Positions 1 to 8,565 of a stretch of DNA of 42,851 bases are shown one piece after another (position 1 is the stretch's first letter; each line of letters begins with the position of its first letter). The DNA lies in IMG/VR virus record IMGVR_UViG_2875722834_000006; one strand, written 5' to 3'. Both the position numbers and the translations under genes were made by a program. Below the pieces are notes generated by a model. It did no database searches, was not told the DNA's origin, and saw nothing but the letters and a program-made list of their open reading frames with translations. This stretch comes from a virus. Lineage: Duplodnaviria; Heunggongvirae; Uroviricota; Caudoviricetes.

Positions 1-321
1 CTACATTACAGGCGATTTATCGTCTTTAACTTGGTTAAGTGTATGTGTAAGAACGCCGTGTACCGTTACGTCATTCAGAGCTTCCCCTTCTATCGCTTCA
101 CCATCTTCAGTGATCAGCGCGTGGCCCATTAGCTTCACGAACTGGTTTCTCCCGTCCATGCTAACCAGCAGCGTATCCCCTCCTTCTGGCTTCAGACTGA
201 CGTTAATAACGGCCCAGCCGCATGAAGTTTCAATAACCCGGCAGTTGTTATCTACACCGCAGATAACATCTATCGTCATGCGCTGCTCCTGGTAATCCAT
301 GGCTGGCGATGGAAATCCCAT
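1..321 (-). CDS. Hypothetical protein (106 aa), no family recognised
   Basis: Complete ORF; GGAGG-like RBS about 8 nt upstream of ATG at 321; stop at window edge. Confidence 0.4.
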   Translation of the reverse strand: MGFPSPAMDYQEQRMTIDVICGVDNNCRVIETSCGWAVINVSLKPEGGDTLLVSMDGRNQFVKLMGHALITEDGEAIEGEALNDVTVHGVLTHTLNQVKDDKSPVM

Positions 322-407
322 TAGAAAACCCTCCCCATGTTTCGCAGGATCCAGTATCGATTCTCACTTCCGTTTGTCGTCTTATCGGCGAAGTCCGGCT
401 GGTACCG

Positions 408-560
408 CTAGATCCATGAATTTGCATCCGCCTGGCTGAAATGCCAGTGCCTCTCCTGCAGTTCAGCGATAAATTTGTCTGTATGCAGGCAGAGATAGCC
501 CTTCGGGTTTTGCTGTATGACCGCAACAAAAGCAGCACGAATATCCGGTTGACGAGGCAT
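408..560 (-). CDS. Hypothetical small protein (50 aa; longer 78-aa alternative start at 644)
   Basis: ATG at 560 preceded by GAGGG RBS (568-572); sits immediately beside the LexA box. Confidence 0.3.
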   Translation of the reverse strand: MPRQPDIRAAFVAVIQQNPKGYLCLHTDKFIAELQERHWHFSQADANSWI

Positions 561-581
561 GTGCGCACCCTCACTCGCTAA

Positions 582-610
582 TTGACTGTATACACATACA
601 GTAGTATTTT
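582..610 (+). promoter_or_regulatory. SOS (LexA) box CTGTATACACATACAG (586-601) overlapping a sigma70-like promoter (TTGACT 582-587, TATTTT 605-610) upstream of the dinI-like gene
   Basis: Exact CTGT-N8-ACAG LexA consensus; 17-bp spacer between -35 and -10 hexamers; lies between divergent genes. Confidence 0.6.
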
Positions 611-660
611 TATAAAAACAGATCAAGCACAGGCAATTTTTCACTAATGAGAGGATCGGT

Positions 661-927
661 ATGTTTGTTGAACTCGTTTATGACAAGCGTAATGTTGAGG
701 GGCTCGAGGGGGCCAGAGAGATCATACTGGCCGAGCTGACGAAGCGGGTGCACCAGATTTTCCCTGATGCCGAAGTGAAGGTGAAGCCGATGCAGGCGAA
801 CGGCTTGAATAGCGATGCCAGCAAAAGCGATCGTGAAAAACTGAACCACATGCTGGAGGAAATGTTTGAAGAATCCGATATGTGGTTGGTTTCTGAGTTC
901 CCGACTGTTCGCCAAGCCGGGCTGTAA
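661..927 (+). CDS. dinI: DinI-family SOS-inducible protein
   Basis: 88-aa product aligns by eye with E. coli DinI (conserved FPD motif and acidic C-terminus ending in W-VSE); RBS GAGAGGA upstream; LexA box upstream. Confidence 0.75.
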   Translation: MFVELVYDKRNVEGLEGAREIILAELTKRVHQIFPDAEVKVKPMQANGLNSDASKSDREKLNHMLEEMFEESDMWLVSEFPTVRQAGL

Positions 928-970
928 AATGGTTCAGGCTGCCAGCTTCAATATTCACTGGCGGCCTGCA

Positions 971-1531
971 TTATGTCTTACCACTACCTACCGGAAATTT
1001 TCGGTAGAGTGTTGAAACCCCTACGTCGTAAATTATTGCCACACGCTGGCGAGATTCCCCTGCTGAGATCAATCTCCCTGCCTGCGCCCATTGTTCATCC
1101 GTTAATTTGGGCCTGCGACCGCCGAACCGCCCTTTTGCTCGCGCAGCTGCTAAACCCGCCCGGGTGCGTTCAACAATGAGCTCTCTTTCCATTTCTGCCA
1201 AAGCCCCCATAACATGAAAGAAGAATCGGCCCATCGGCGTAGACGTGTCTATGCTGTCGGTCAGGCTGCGAAAATTAATGCCCCGCTCTCGCAGCTCCTC
1301 CACAAGAACGACAAGATGCCGCATGCTTCTACCGAGCCGATCGAGTTTCCAGACCACCAGCGTGTCTCCCTCCGACAAGATACGGAGTACCTTTTTGAGC
1401 CCCGGCCTCTCCGATGTCTTTCCGCTTATCTTATCTTCAAAAATCAGTTCACATTCTGCGCTATCGAGCGCATTTCTCTGTAATGCGGTGTTCTGGTCAT
1501 TTGTTGACACTCTCACGTAACCAATAAGCAT
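971..1531 (-). CDS. Serine recombinase, DNA invertase of Hin/Gin/Pin/Cin family
   Basis: 186-aa product starting MLIGYVRVSTNDQ with LVVWKLDRLGRS and C-terminal HTH (GVSTLYR), near-identical motif order to Hin; start moved to internal ATG at 1531. Confidence 0.85.
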   Translation of the reverse strand: MLIGYVRVSTNDQNTALQRNALDSAECELIFEDKISGKTSERPGLKKVLRILSEGDTLVVWKLDRLGRSMRHLVVLVEELRERGINFRSLTDSIDTSTPMGRFFFHVMGALAEMERELIVERTRAGLAAARAKGRFGGRRPKLTDEQWAQAGRLISAGESRQRVAIIYDVGVSTLYRKFPVGSGKT

Positions 1532-1600
1532 TGTTTTATCCCCTGCAAAAAGCAGAAAGCATGCCACTAGTGAGCAGAATGGTCATTATCAAAAACGTTC

Positions 1601-2017
1601 CTATATTGGCATCTCAGGCCAGACAGGGTTGGCTGAGTCAACCTTTGTCAATGCATAGCGATATTTCTGCCACGCCGTGAGTTTTGGCTTATCTGCATCA
1701 TCAATATAGTCACCATCAAAAGCATCCTTAAGTGGGTCAATAATATGTGTTGCATATGCGATAAGAGATGATTTTTTTGACACCGCATCTGCTTCAAGTT
1801 CTTCTGGCGTACGTGGTGGTATTTCACCCCATGTTGGCATGCCGTCATTGCCTGCGATGCGCACTAATCCATCAACGGTTCGATCCTGAGTGAACGCAGT
1901 AAATTGCTCAGTAGTTACGTCAATCAGGTCAGACAGATCCCAACCCGCATCTTCATAATTCCCCAGCTCAGCAGTACGGAAAAATGCATTGTTCTTAGCG
2001 CTGTATTGATATGTCAT
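1601..2017 (-). CDS. tfa: Tail fibre assembly protein (P2 gpG / Mu U-like chaperone)
   Basis: C-terminus VDSANPVWPEMPI matches the conserved tail-fibre-assembly C-terminal motif; start taken at MTYQYSAKNNAFF (ATG 2015-2017) directly after the fibre stop. Confidence 0.75.
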   Translation of the reverse strand: MTYQYSAKNNAFFRTAELGNYEDAGWDLSDLIDVTTEQFTAFTQDRTVDGLVRIAGNDGMPTWGEIPPRTPEELEADAVSKKSSLIAYATHIIDPLKDAFDGDYIDDADKPKLTAWQKYRYALTKVDSANPVWPEMPI

Positions 2018-2018
2018 C

Positions 2019-2936
2019 TTATTTTCCCCAGGCAATGTAATAAACATCTTCACTGAATGGTTGGATACCACCAGAGCCACCCCAGCACCGACCATCAAAA
2101 CCAAAACCCGCCTTATTAAGGTACGTGACATAGGGAGAGAACATCCAGGCTTGGCCAATCATTACGCCGAATGCAATGGCAGTACATTCGTTGGGGAACG
2201 GGGTATCAAATAATTTATCACCGGACAGAGAGACCTTGCCGGTTCTTACATGGCCTGTTGCTGCATTGCCCATCCCAAGATTATTTCTGGCCGTGGCTGC
2301 ATCGTTCGCACCAGTACCGCCTTGCTGAACCCCCAATGGTACGAATTTTGCGCCGTCAAAAAGCCCCCACTGATTATCTTCGCGTGCTGTAAAATATGCA
2401 GTTTTTTTATCGTCGCAATAAATTACCGTTTCACCTGCCCGCTGCTCAACTCTGCCAAGGCCAAGATTAGTCCTTGCTCCTGCTGCATTACCTGCACCTG
2501 TTCCACCCTGATTAATACCCAAGGGGATAAAACCTTTCGTAGTGTCATAAATGCCCCACTGACCATCAATCCTGATGGCAAGATAAGAGGAGTGATCGTC
2601 CCCGGAATAAATTCTCGTTTCGTTATTTAACTGCTCCACCCTGTCAATTCCAAGGTTTGTGAGAGCCGTAGAAATCGCCGCTGCACCATCTGATTTGATA
2701 TCGGCAAATGGGTTTGCACGGCTCAGTGTGAGTTTTTGAATGGCTTTTAAAACCTGAGTCATATCGTTAATGTCGAGCGCCAATCCTGCTGACTCTACGA
2801 TATGCGCTAACTCTTCCTGCATGGCATTAAACGCTGCTGCCCGCAGCCTCGTTGCGGCAATACCACCAGCAACACTTCCATCAGTATATTTGCCATCCTG
2901 CGTTGCAGTGGCTTCGACTTGCCCGATTCGGAGCAT
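2019..2936 (-). CDS. Tail fibre protein (305 aa)
   Basis: Two internal copies of the tail-fibre repeat (P)LG(I/V)xQGGTGA..AA.AR.NLG; GAGGA RBS upstream of ATG at 2936; followed by tfa. Confidence 0.8.
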   Translation of the reverse strand: MLRIGQVEATATQDGKYTDGSVAGGIAATRLRAAAFNAMQEELAHIVESAGLALDINDMTQVLKAIQKLTLSRANPFADIKSDGAAAISTALTNLGIDRVEQLNNETRIYSGDDHSSYLAIRIDGQWGIYDTTKGFIPLGINQGGTGAGNAAGARTNLGLGRVEQRAGETVIYCDDKKTAYFTAREDNQWGLFDGAKFVPLGVQQGGTGANDAATARNNLGMGNAATGHVRTGKVSLSGDKLFDTPFPNECTAIAFGVMIGQAWMFSPYVTYLNKAGFGFDGRCWGGSGGIQPFSEDVYYIAWGK

Positions 2937-2987
2937 AGTTAATCCTCACTTAGTGTTAAGCGATAAAATCAGAGGGGGAAATATCAG

Positions 2988-3581
2988 TTATGAATAATTG
3001 AAAATGATGTTCAGATGGGATGGGGCAATTTTGTTGATTGAACACTCCAGTTGTTTATTGCCCCACGATGCGAGCGGATCTCCGCAGTAGGACGCGCCAG
3101 CAAGCGAATACTTGATCGTTGTTTGTGGCGCATTTATCCGCCAGGTAAATGGCCACTCGTCACCGTTAAGCGCATCACCGCATACTGACATGCCACTCAT
3201 AGCGGGCCGGAACTGTGTGATAGTGATGGTATAACCAAGAGCTGCAGCCACCCGGATGTAATAATCGCGGTTCAGGCCGCCGGTGCTGATTAACTTTGCC
3301 ACCACGGCGCGCTGGCGATCGCTGACGCCACCGGATTCACCAATCGCACAATCATCTGGTAACCCCAGAGAGCTTTCCCATTCTGACAACATTACCGTCG
3401 CTGTAGGGGGAAAAGCACCAGTAATCAGGCTTTGCGCATCGTTGTCAGAACGCTGAAACGCGCTGCCCAGTGCCCGTAATACCGCAGCCTGTACCGTTCT
3501 TTGCGACCGGGGCCACGCCCTGCCCGTCGGTAGCAGCGCACCAAGCGCACCGGCATAATCATTTTTTGAAAAGAGGCTCAT
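2988..3581 (-). CDS. Tail protein, YmfQ / Mu gp48-like (baseplate or fibre attachment)
   Basis: 197-aa product with N-terminal ALLPTGRAW motif typical of this family; position between baseplate J and tail fibre. Confidence 0.6.
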   Translation of the reverse strand: MSLFSKNDYAGALGALLPTGRAWPRSQRTVQAAVLRALGSAFQRSDNDAQSLITGAFPPTATVMLSEWESSLGLPDDCAIGESGGVSDRQRAVVAKLISTGGLNRDYYIRVAAALGYTITITQFRPAMSGMSVCGDALNGDEWPFTWRINAPQTTIKYSLAGASYCGDPLASWGNKQLECSINKIAPSHLNIIFNYS

Positions 3582-4720
3582 ACAAAATTCACCCCGCCAA
3601 GCACCGGAATTTCGCCAACAGCAAAGGTGATATTGGCCGTCGGAGAGTTAAGAATATAGCCCGTCGTGCCGCTAACACCGCCGATACTCCCGTTAATATC
3701 AGAGAGGTAAACTTTCCCGGAACCATCAGGGTTAGCTTCATCAAAAAACAGCGCCGTCAGCGCGTCTTTTATCCCCTGAACTGTGGTGCTGTCGGCATTT
3801 TTGATCCCAGAGATTTCAATATTGATGACTTTCTTGATCGGGGAACATACGAAAACAATGGCAGTGTCTGTCTGCTGCGGATAGATGTGGTCGGCGACAG
3901 CGAGCTGGTCTCCGGTGGCTTTAACAGCCCCCCAGTCCTCAAGTTGGGATATTCCGTCGGTACCGACCGGAAACCCACCATTGTCATTCCGATCACACAT
4001 GATATACACGCCAACGGTCCCGGCCCCGTTCAGACGCCGCTTTACCCACGCGCGGGTGACGCCCGAAACCTCAAGCGCCCATTTTTTATAATCGGCGTCG
4101 CTTCCACCCTGAGGCGGATTCTGCCATGCCAGCAAGCCACGACTGCGAAAATCCTCTTCCGTTTCAATATCGGCTCCGCCGGTCGCAGCGGACAGTAACG
4201 TTACCTGTGGATCCACGCCAGCAATATTCGCGTCCAGGGTCATTATGGTCCCGGCATCAGCGTTACCGCGCGCGCCTCCACCCGTTACATCACTGGTAAT
4301 ATCCGGCAGTATGGCCGTCACCGCGACGATACCAAATCCATCTGCCTGAATTTTAAGATCTGCATCCGTCCGGTACTGGTATCCGTCCCCGCGGTTAATG
4401 ATCGAGCCAACAGGGATAATACAGTCAACACTGCCACTAGCCTGTACCGCAGGCGACTTCGCCGCTGCAGCTGGTTTTCTGAATACCTGCTTAAGGGCCA
4501 TCCACCCGGCGAGATACTCATCGGTAGAGGTAAACGGGTTTGTCTGCAGGGCAATATAGTCAAGGTAGGCGTAATGCAGATGCCCCATCCCCGCATCCAT
4601 GTCAGCCAGTACCTTCAGGTTCGCGAAGCGCAGGAGCGCACCAACATCCTCAAGCTCCGCCTGCATAAATTTCCGGTTTCCGTCGCGGAGTTCGCTCAGC
4701 GTCGGTCGTTTAAACGGCAT
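3578..4720 (-). CDS. Baseplate J-like protein (Mu gp47 / P2 gpJ family)
   Basis: 380-aa product; start moved to MPFKRPTLSELRD (ATG at 4720) abutting upstream gene stop; gene order. Confidence 0.75.
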   Translation of the reverse strand: MPFKRPTLSELRDGNRKFMQAELEDVGALLRFANLKVLADMDAGMGHLHYAYLDYIALQTNPFTSTDEYLAGWMALKQVFRKPAAAAKSPAVQASGSVDCIIPVGSIINRGDGYQYRTDADLKIQADGFGIVAVTAILPDITSDVTGGGARGNADAGTIMTLDANIAGVDPQVTLLSAATGGADIETEEDFRSRGLLAWQNPPQGGSDADYKKWALEVSGVTRAWVKRRLNGAGTVGVYIMCDRNDNGGFPVGTDGISQLEDWGAVKATGDQLAVADHIYPQQTDTAIVFVCSPIKKVINIEISGIKNADSTTVQGIKDALTALFFDEANPDGSGKVYLSDINGSIGGVSGTTGYILNSPTANITFAVGEIPVLGGVNFV

Positions 4721-4721
4721 A

Positions 4722-5159
4722 TTAACGTTGCTCCCATATCCAGTAAAACCTGAATTCCTGCCAGTCCTTCCCCGGTGCCTGATAGCGGATAATGAGATTG
4801 AGCCGGTCAGGCAGGACGATCCTTGCAACAGGAATAACCTCGCTGACAACGCCATCAACCTTTAACCAGTTGAGCGCTTCACTCGAGTATTCCTCCGCTT
4901 TTTTTGCTACATCCGGGGTCAGTTTTTTCCGCCGTAGCAGCCACAGCCGGGATCCCAGTTGGGATTCCTCCCCGGAATCCCCCCACCAGCCGCGGCGATC
5001 GCTATCCTCATAATCATCGTCAGCGCGCGCCAGCCTGTCGGTAAACAGGCTGTCCAGTATTGCAGTCTGTAAATCGTTCCCCGTGGTGAGTTCACCCAGC
5101 CCTTTCTGCCAGTCAGCAAACATCTCATCCACATTCCAGAATGAAGCGATGTCACTCAT
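4722..5159 (-). CDS. Baseplate protein, Mu gp46-like (gp25/GPW-like wedge)
   Basis: 145-aa product with RRGWWGD and SRLWLL motifs; position between V-like and J-like genes. Confidence 0.65.
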   Translation of the reverse strand: MSDIASFWNVDEMFADWQKGLGELTTGNDLQTAILDSLFTDRLARADDDYEDSDRRGWWGDSGEESQLGSRLWLLRRKKLTPDVAKKAEEYSSEALNWLKVDGVVSEVIPVARIVLPDRLNLIIRYQAPGKDWQEFRFYWIWEQR

Positions 5160-5740
5160 GTCACCTGATCCTCTGTTTTTTGGCTGCGGATATTGTCATT
5201 GCCACTCTGGGCATTTTTAACCACATGATCATGGTCATTATGTGCATCCCGCAGCTCTTTCAGTGTTCGGGTATTGGTTTCACAGTTATCAACAATGTCA
5301 CCCGTGCACCTCAGGATCGGGGTATTTGCAAGGATCCCCTGGCTGGCATTGATGGTCACGTTAGTGGCGTTATTGACCTCAACATTCTGGCCCTTTGCAT
5401 CCAGGAAGATCCCCTTCTCCGTCAGGAGAATATTAAGGCCCCACTGGTTATACATGACCGTTTCGCCCGCTTTCAGGCCTGTATGACGGAACCCCTGATG
5501 GTTGGACGCAATTACCACCGCGCTGGAACGATCACCGCCAATAAAAGCCAGAACCACGTCAGTCCCTGACGGCAGGCCGGATGAAAAGCCAAATTCTGCC
5601 ATCCGCGGAGCGCTGGCCACCTCCAGCGGAGTCTGGTACTGGATAGACTGCACCACCCCACCATCTTTCATAGCCGTGATCCGGCCAATCCCCAGCATGC
5701 CGGCGATCCTGGTCGCTGCATGTTTAAATAGTTGCTTCAT
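5156..5740 (-). CDS. Baseplate assembly protein V-like (Mu gp45; spike)
   Basis: 194-aa product, gene order and overlapping start/stop with neighbours. Confidence 0.65.
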   Translation of the reverse strand: MKQLFKHAATRIAGMLGIGRITAMKDGGVVQSIQYQTPLEVASAPRMAEFGFSSGLPSGTDVVLAFIGGDRSSAVVIASNHQGFRHTGLKAGETVMYNQWGLNILLTEKGIFLDAKGQNVEVNNATNVTINASQGILANTPILRCTGDIVDNCETNTRTLKELRDAHNDHDHVVKNAQSGNDNIRSQKTEDQVT

Positions 5741-6822
5741 GTATTGAATCCCGCCAGGTTCTGGTAGAAGGCATATGGCTGAACGGAGAATGCTTCAGGC
5801 GGCATCAGCGTCATGCGTGCATGGGTGCCGTAGTCATCGCGCATATAGGTGACTTCTGCCAGTAGCAATTCAGTCTTCGGCAACCGTAAGGTGGGAAGAT
5901 CAACGGGGATCAATGTGTTTGGTTCCCACAGTTTCCCGTCTTTATCCCGCCAGGAATCGATGGTTACCGAGAGCTGTTTTGAACGTCCGTACCGCCGGTT
6001 CATTTCCCAGTCGATCGCACTTTGTGCCTGTTGAGTAGCCATCAGGGTACTTTCCACAATCGATATATGTTTTCGGTACCGCATGCGGGCGGCCTCCGGA
6101 TCTCTCGCCGTTGCCAGAGTCACAGCGTCATAGGCCGTATCAGGCGAATACCCTGCAATTGGAGAAACGCTCATTGATACACCGACATAATCTGAAAACC
6201 TGTCAGCCATCGATTTGCGGTAGTATGCCTGCTCGACATTTACCCCTTCGGCTATCCCACTTGCCGCACGACGTGTTCCCACCCGGGTCAGTAACAGGTT
6301 TCCATCGGGCTGATCGTAGTAAAGCAGAGCAGACCATCTGGCCACCCGATCGATGACTTCTTGCGGAGACTCACCCCAGTTCAGAGTGAACTGGGGTACC
6401 TTCACAAGTTCATCAACATCCGTGGTTACGGTGATGCCGTAGTAGGATGCCAGGCGAGAAGCAATTTCAAGCGCATTACTGGCATTGATGACGTTGTTAG
6501 GCCACTCGGCTGAGCAATCCACCAGGTCCTGACATTTGCTCCTGCCCGTGGCGCGGACCTCATGGCGGGAGCGCGATAGTGCGGGTTCCCAGTCATCAAC
6601 ATATCCCGTCAGTGTCAGATCATCTCCGATACGAACTTCACAAGACATTCCCTCTTCAACGAGTTGACGATCTTCGTTGCCAGGGAAGTAATCCATTAGC
6701 CCAAGATCGAAATCAGAGGGAAAACGCTCAATACCCCGCGTTACCCGGACAGAATCCCACCCCTCGATGATTTTGCCGTCGACCGTCAAAGAAACAACAT
6801 CCAGATCGCTGTCTGCATTCAT
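5737..6822 (-). CDS. Tail protein, Mu P (gp44) / P2 gpD-like
   Basis: 361-aa product; conserved position after DNA circulation gene in Mu-type tail modules. Confidence 0.65.
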   Translation of the reverse strand: MNADSDLDVVSLTVDGKIIEGWDSVRVTRGIERFPSDFDLGLMDYFPGNEDRQLVEEGMSCEVRIGDDLTLTGYVDDWEPALSRSRHEVRATGRSKCQDLVDCSAEWPNNVINASNALEIASRLASYYGITVTTDVDELVKVPQFTLNWGESPQEVIDRVARWSALLYYDQPDGNLLLTRVGTRRAASGIAEGVNVEQAYYRKSMADRFSDYVGVSMSVSPIAGYSPDTAYDAVTLATARDPEAARMRYRKHISIVESTLMATQQAQSAIDWEMNRRYGRSKQLSVTIDSWRDKDGKLWEPNTLIPVDLPTLRLPKTELLLAEVTYMRDDYGTHARMTLMPPEAFSVQPYAFYQNLAGFNT

Positions 6823-8222
6823 TGCCTCAGTACCTTCATGGTTGTCGGCATAAACGCCGGATGCGGTACGCGCGCTTCCTGTACCAGTTCATCTGCACGG
6901 GTGGCATCCTGGTATAATCGGTTTGCCAGCGTCAGCGCCGGAAGCGGCTGAGCGGTAGTAACCTGCAGAAGCTCGCTCAGACCAGAAGCACGCTCACTCA
7001 TCGTAGAAAGGAATGCCGATCTGACGGCGAGAAGCGCGTTATACATATCATCGTCTGCGCGGTCTCCAGCCAGAACCAGCGCCGTATCAAGTTGCACAGA
7101 AACTCGTTGAGTTAACTCTTCTGCCTCGTCTGTACTGGCTGGTCTGGAGTCCGCAGCGGCACTGGTCATGGCACCAGTACATAGCACAACAATCAGCGTG
7201 TTCATGGTCGCCGAAATCGCTTTGCTGCTGTCGGACTGCTGGTACTCCGTGCTGATTGAATTAGCCAGTTTTTCCAGCGCTGTGATTCGGTCATTAACGC
7301 TGCCGGCGCTGTTAAGAATTGCGTTTACCACGTCGGCGACGCCCTGGACAAACTCATCAGGTGTGTTGGAGCTGCTAAGCTGGCTCGACCTGTCGGTAAC
7401 ATTTTTCCGGTCCATTACCGACTGGGCTGTTACCTTGTCAGCCAGTGCTCTCTCATCATCCACATCAGCAACTGACGATTTGCCAGCAACAGCAGAGGAA
7501 CTACCGCCCACAGAGCCTTTACTGTAACGTCCGTACCGGGTATTCCCGAACGTGGAGTTCAGGACATTGCTGAGATTCGTGACCTGACTGATGGTGCTGT
7601 CAACCATGTTAGTCCAGAACGTGACCGTGCCTCTGATGGTGTTTATAGCCTGTGTGACACCGCGGATTTCACTCTTAACTCTGGCAATCGTGCTCAGCAC
7701 AGCAGTGCTGACCAGTTTCAGATAGTTGGTTTTCACCGTGGCGCCTGCAACGGTACTGCCCGTGACAGCAAACACTTTAAGCCCTGATTCAATTGCCATC
7801 AGGGTAAATTCAAATACTCGCCCGTTCTCCATCGAACCGGAAATACGCAAACCATTCTCAGGGATGGAAACCGTTAATTCGCCCAGTGTCGGATGGACAA
7901 GCGTACCGCTACCTTTTTGTTCACAGGCTTCAATCAGTGACTGGCGCTGCGTGATAGCATCGCCGCCGCCGTAAACCTGGCTGTTCTGGATCAAGAAACC
8001 GCGAATAACAAATCGCCGTGTTGCCCGCCCGATATCCTCTATCCAGGCTGTATCACGGTAGGGATATTCATGTACCGCCTGGCGTCGGCCGTGGCTCCCT
8101 TCCTCAGCAACAATTGCAAATGGCACACCTCTGAATGAGCTGGGCCGTAACTGCCCCTGCCAGTCATCGCTGGTATCTCCCCCCAAAAGAGAAGTTATTG
8201 CGTCCTGGATAATTGACGGCAT
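6819..8222 (-). CDS. DNA circulation protein (Mu N / gp43-like)
   Basis: N-terminus MPSIIQDAITSLLGG...SSFRGVPFAIV typical of Mu N family; ATG at 8222 with GGAGG RBS. Confidence 0.7.
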   Translation of the reverse strand: MPSIIQDAITSLLGGDTSDDWQGQLRPSSFRGVPFAIVAEEGSHGRRQAVHEYPYRDTAWIEDIGRATRRFVIRGFLIQNSQVYGGGDAITQRQSLIEACEQKGSGTLVHPTLGELTVSIPENGLRISGSMENGRVFEFTLMAIESGLKVFAVTGSTVAGATVKTNYLKLVSTAVLSTIARVKSEIRGVTQAINTIRGTVTFWTNMVDSTISQVTNLSNVLNSTFGNTRYGRYSKGSVGGSSSAVAGKSSVADVDDERALADKVTAQSVMDRKNVTDRSSQLSSSNTPDEFVQGVADVVNAILNSAGSVNDRITALEKLANSISTEYQQSDSSKAISATMNTLIVVLCTGAMTSAAADSRPASTDEAEELTQRVSVQLDTALVLAGDRADDDMYNALLAVRSAFLSTMSERASGLSELLQVTTAQPLPALTLANRLYQDATRADELVQEARVPHPAFMPTTMKVLRQ

Positions 8223-8233
8223 CACGCCTCCGG

Positions 8234-8262
8234 AAATAAAAAAACCGCCATGTCGGCGGTTT
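8234..8262 (-). terminator. Intrinsic terminator-like hairpin (CCGCC-N5-GGCGG) with U-tract on the minus strand
   Basis: Stem 8245-8249/8255-8259, T-run on minus strand immediately 5' of RBS of the DNA circulation gene. Confidence 0.5.
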
Positions 8263-8565
8263 ACATATGCACTGAAATGACTTATCTATTTATCGCTGGA
8301 TCCATTACGGTCAAGAGATTCGGCGATCCTGTAAAGATGCTCAGTCGCCTTGAATGAGTTCATTAGGAACTCATAAAGCACACGTAAAAGCAATGCACTT
8401 ACCACCGATATCGTAATCGCCGTGAAATTCATTGAGACAACAGAAAAAACGAGGAAAATGCCAATTACCAGGTAAACAAGCGCAAAAACCTTTGGAGTCT
8501 AAATGGCTTTTGCTCCAAAAACTTTTTCATTCATAACTTCTTCCTTAACGAAATGACGACAGTGA

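Noticed and set aside
1601-2158. Extended 185-aa form of the tail-fibre assembly ORF
   Set aside because: N-terminal 47 codons overlap the tail-fibre C-terminus in another frame; internal ATG at 2017 gives the conserved-length protein immediately after the fibre stop.
1600-3600. Second, inverted tail-fibre C-terminus/tfa cassette expected for an invertase-controlled switch
   Set aside because: Looked on both strands; no ORF with tail-fibre repeat or tfa C-terminal motif in opposite orientation was found, so no invertible G-segment is annotated.
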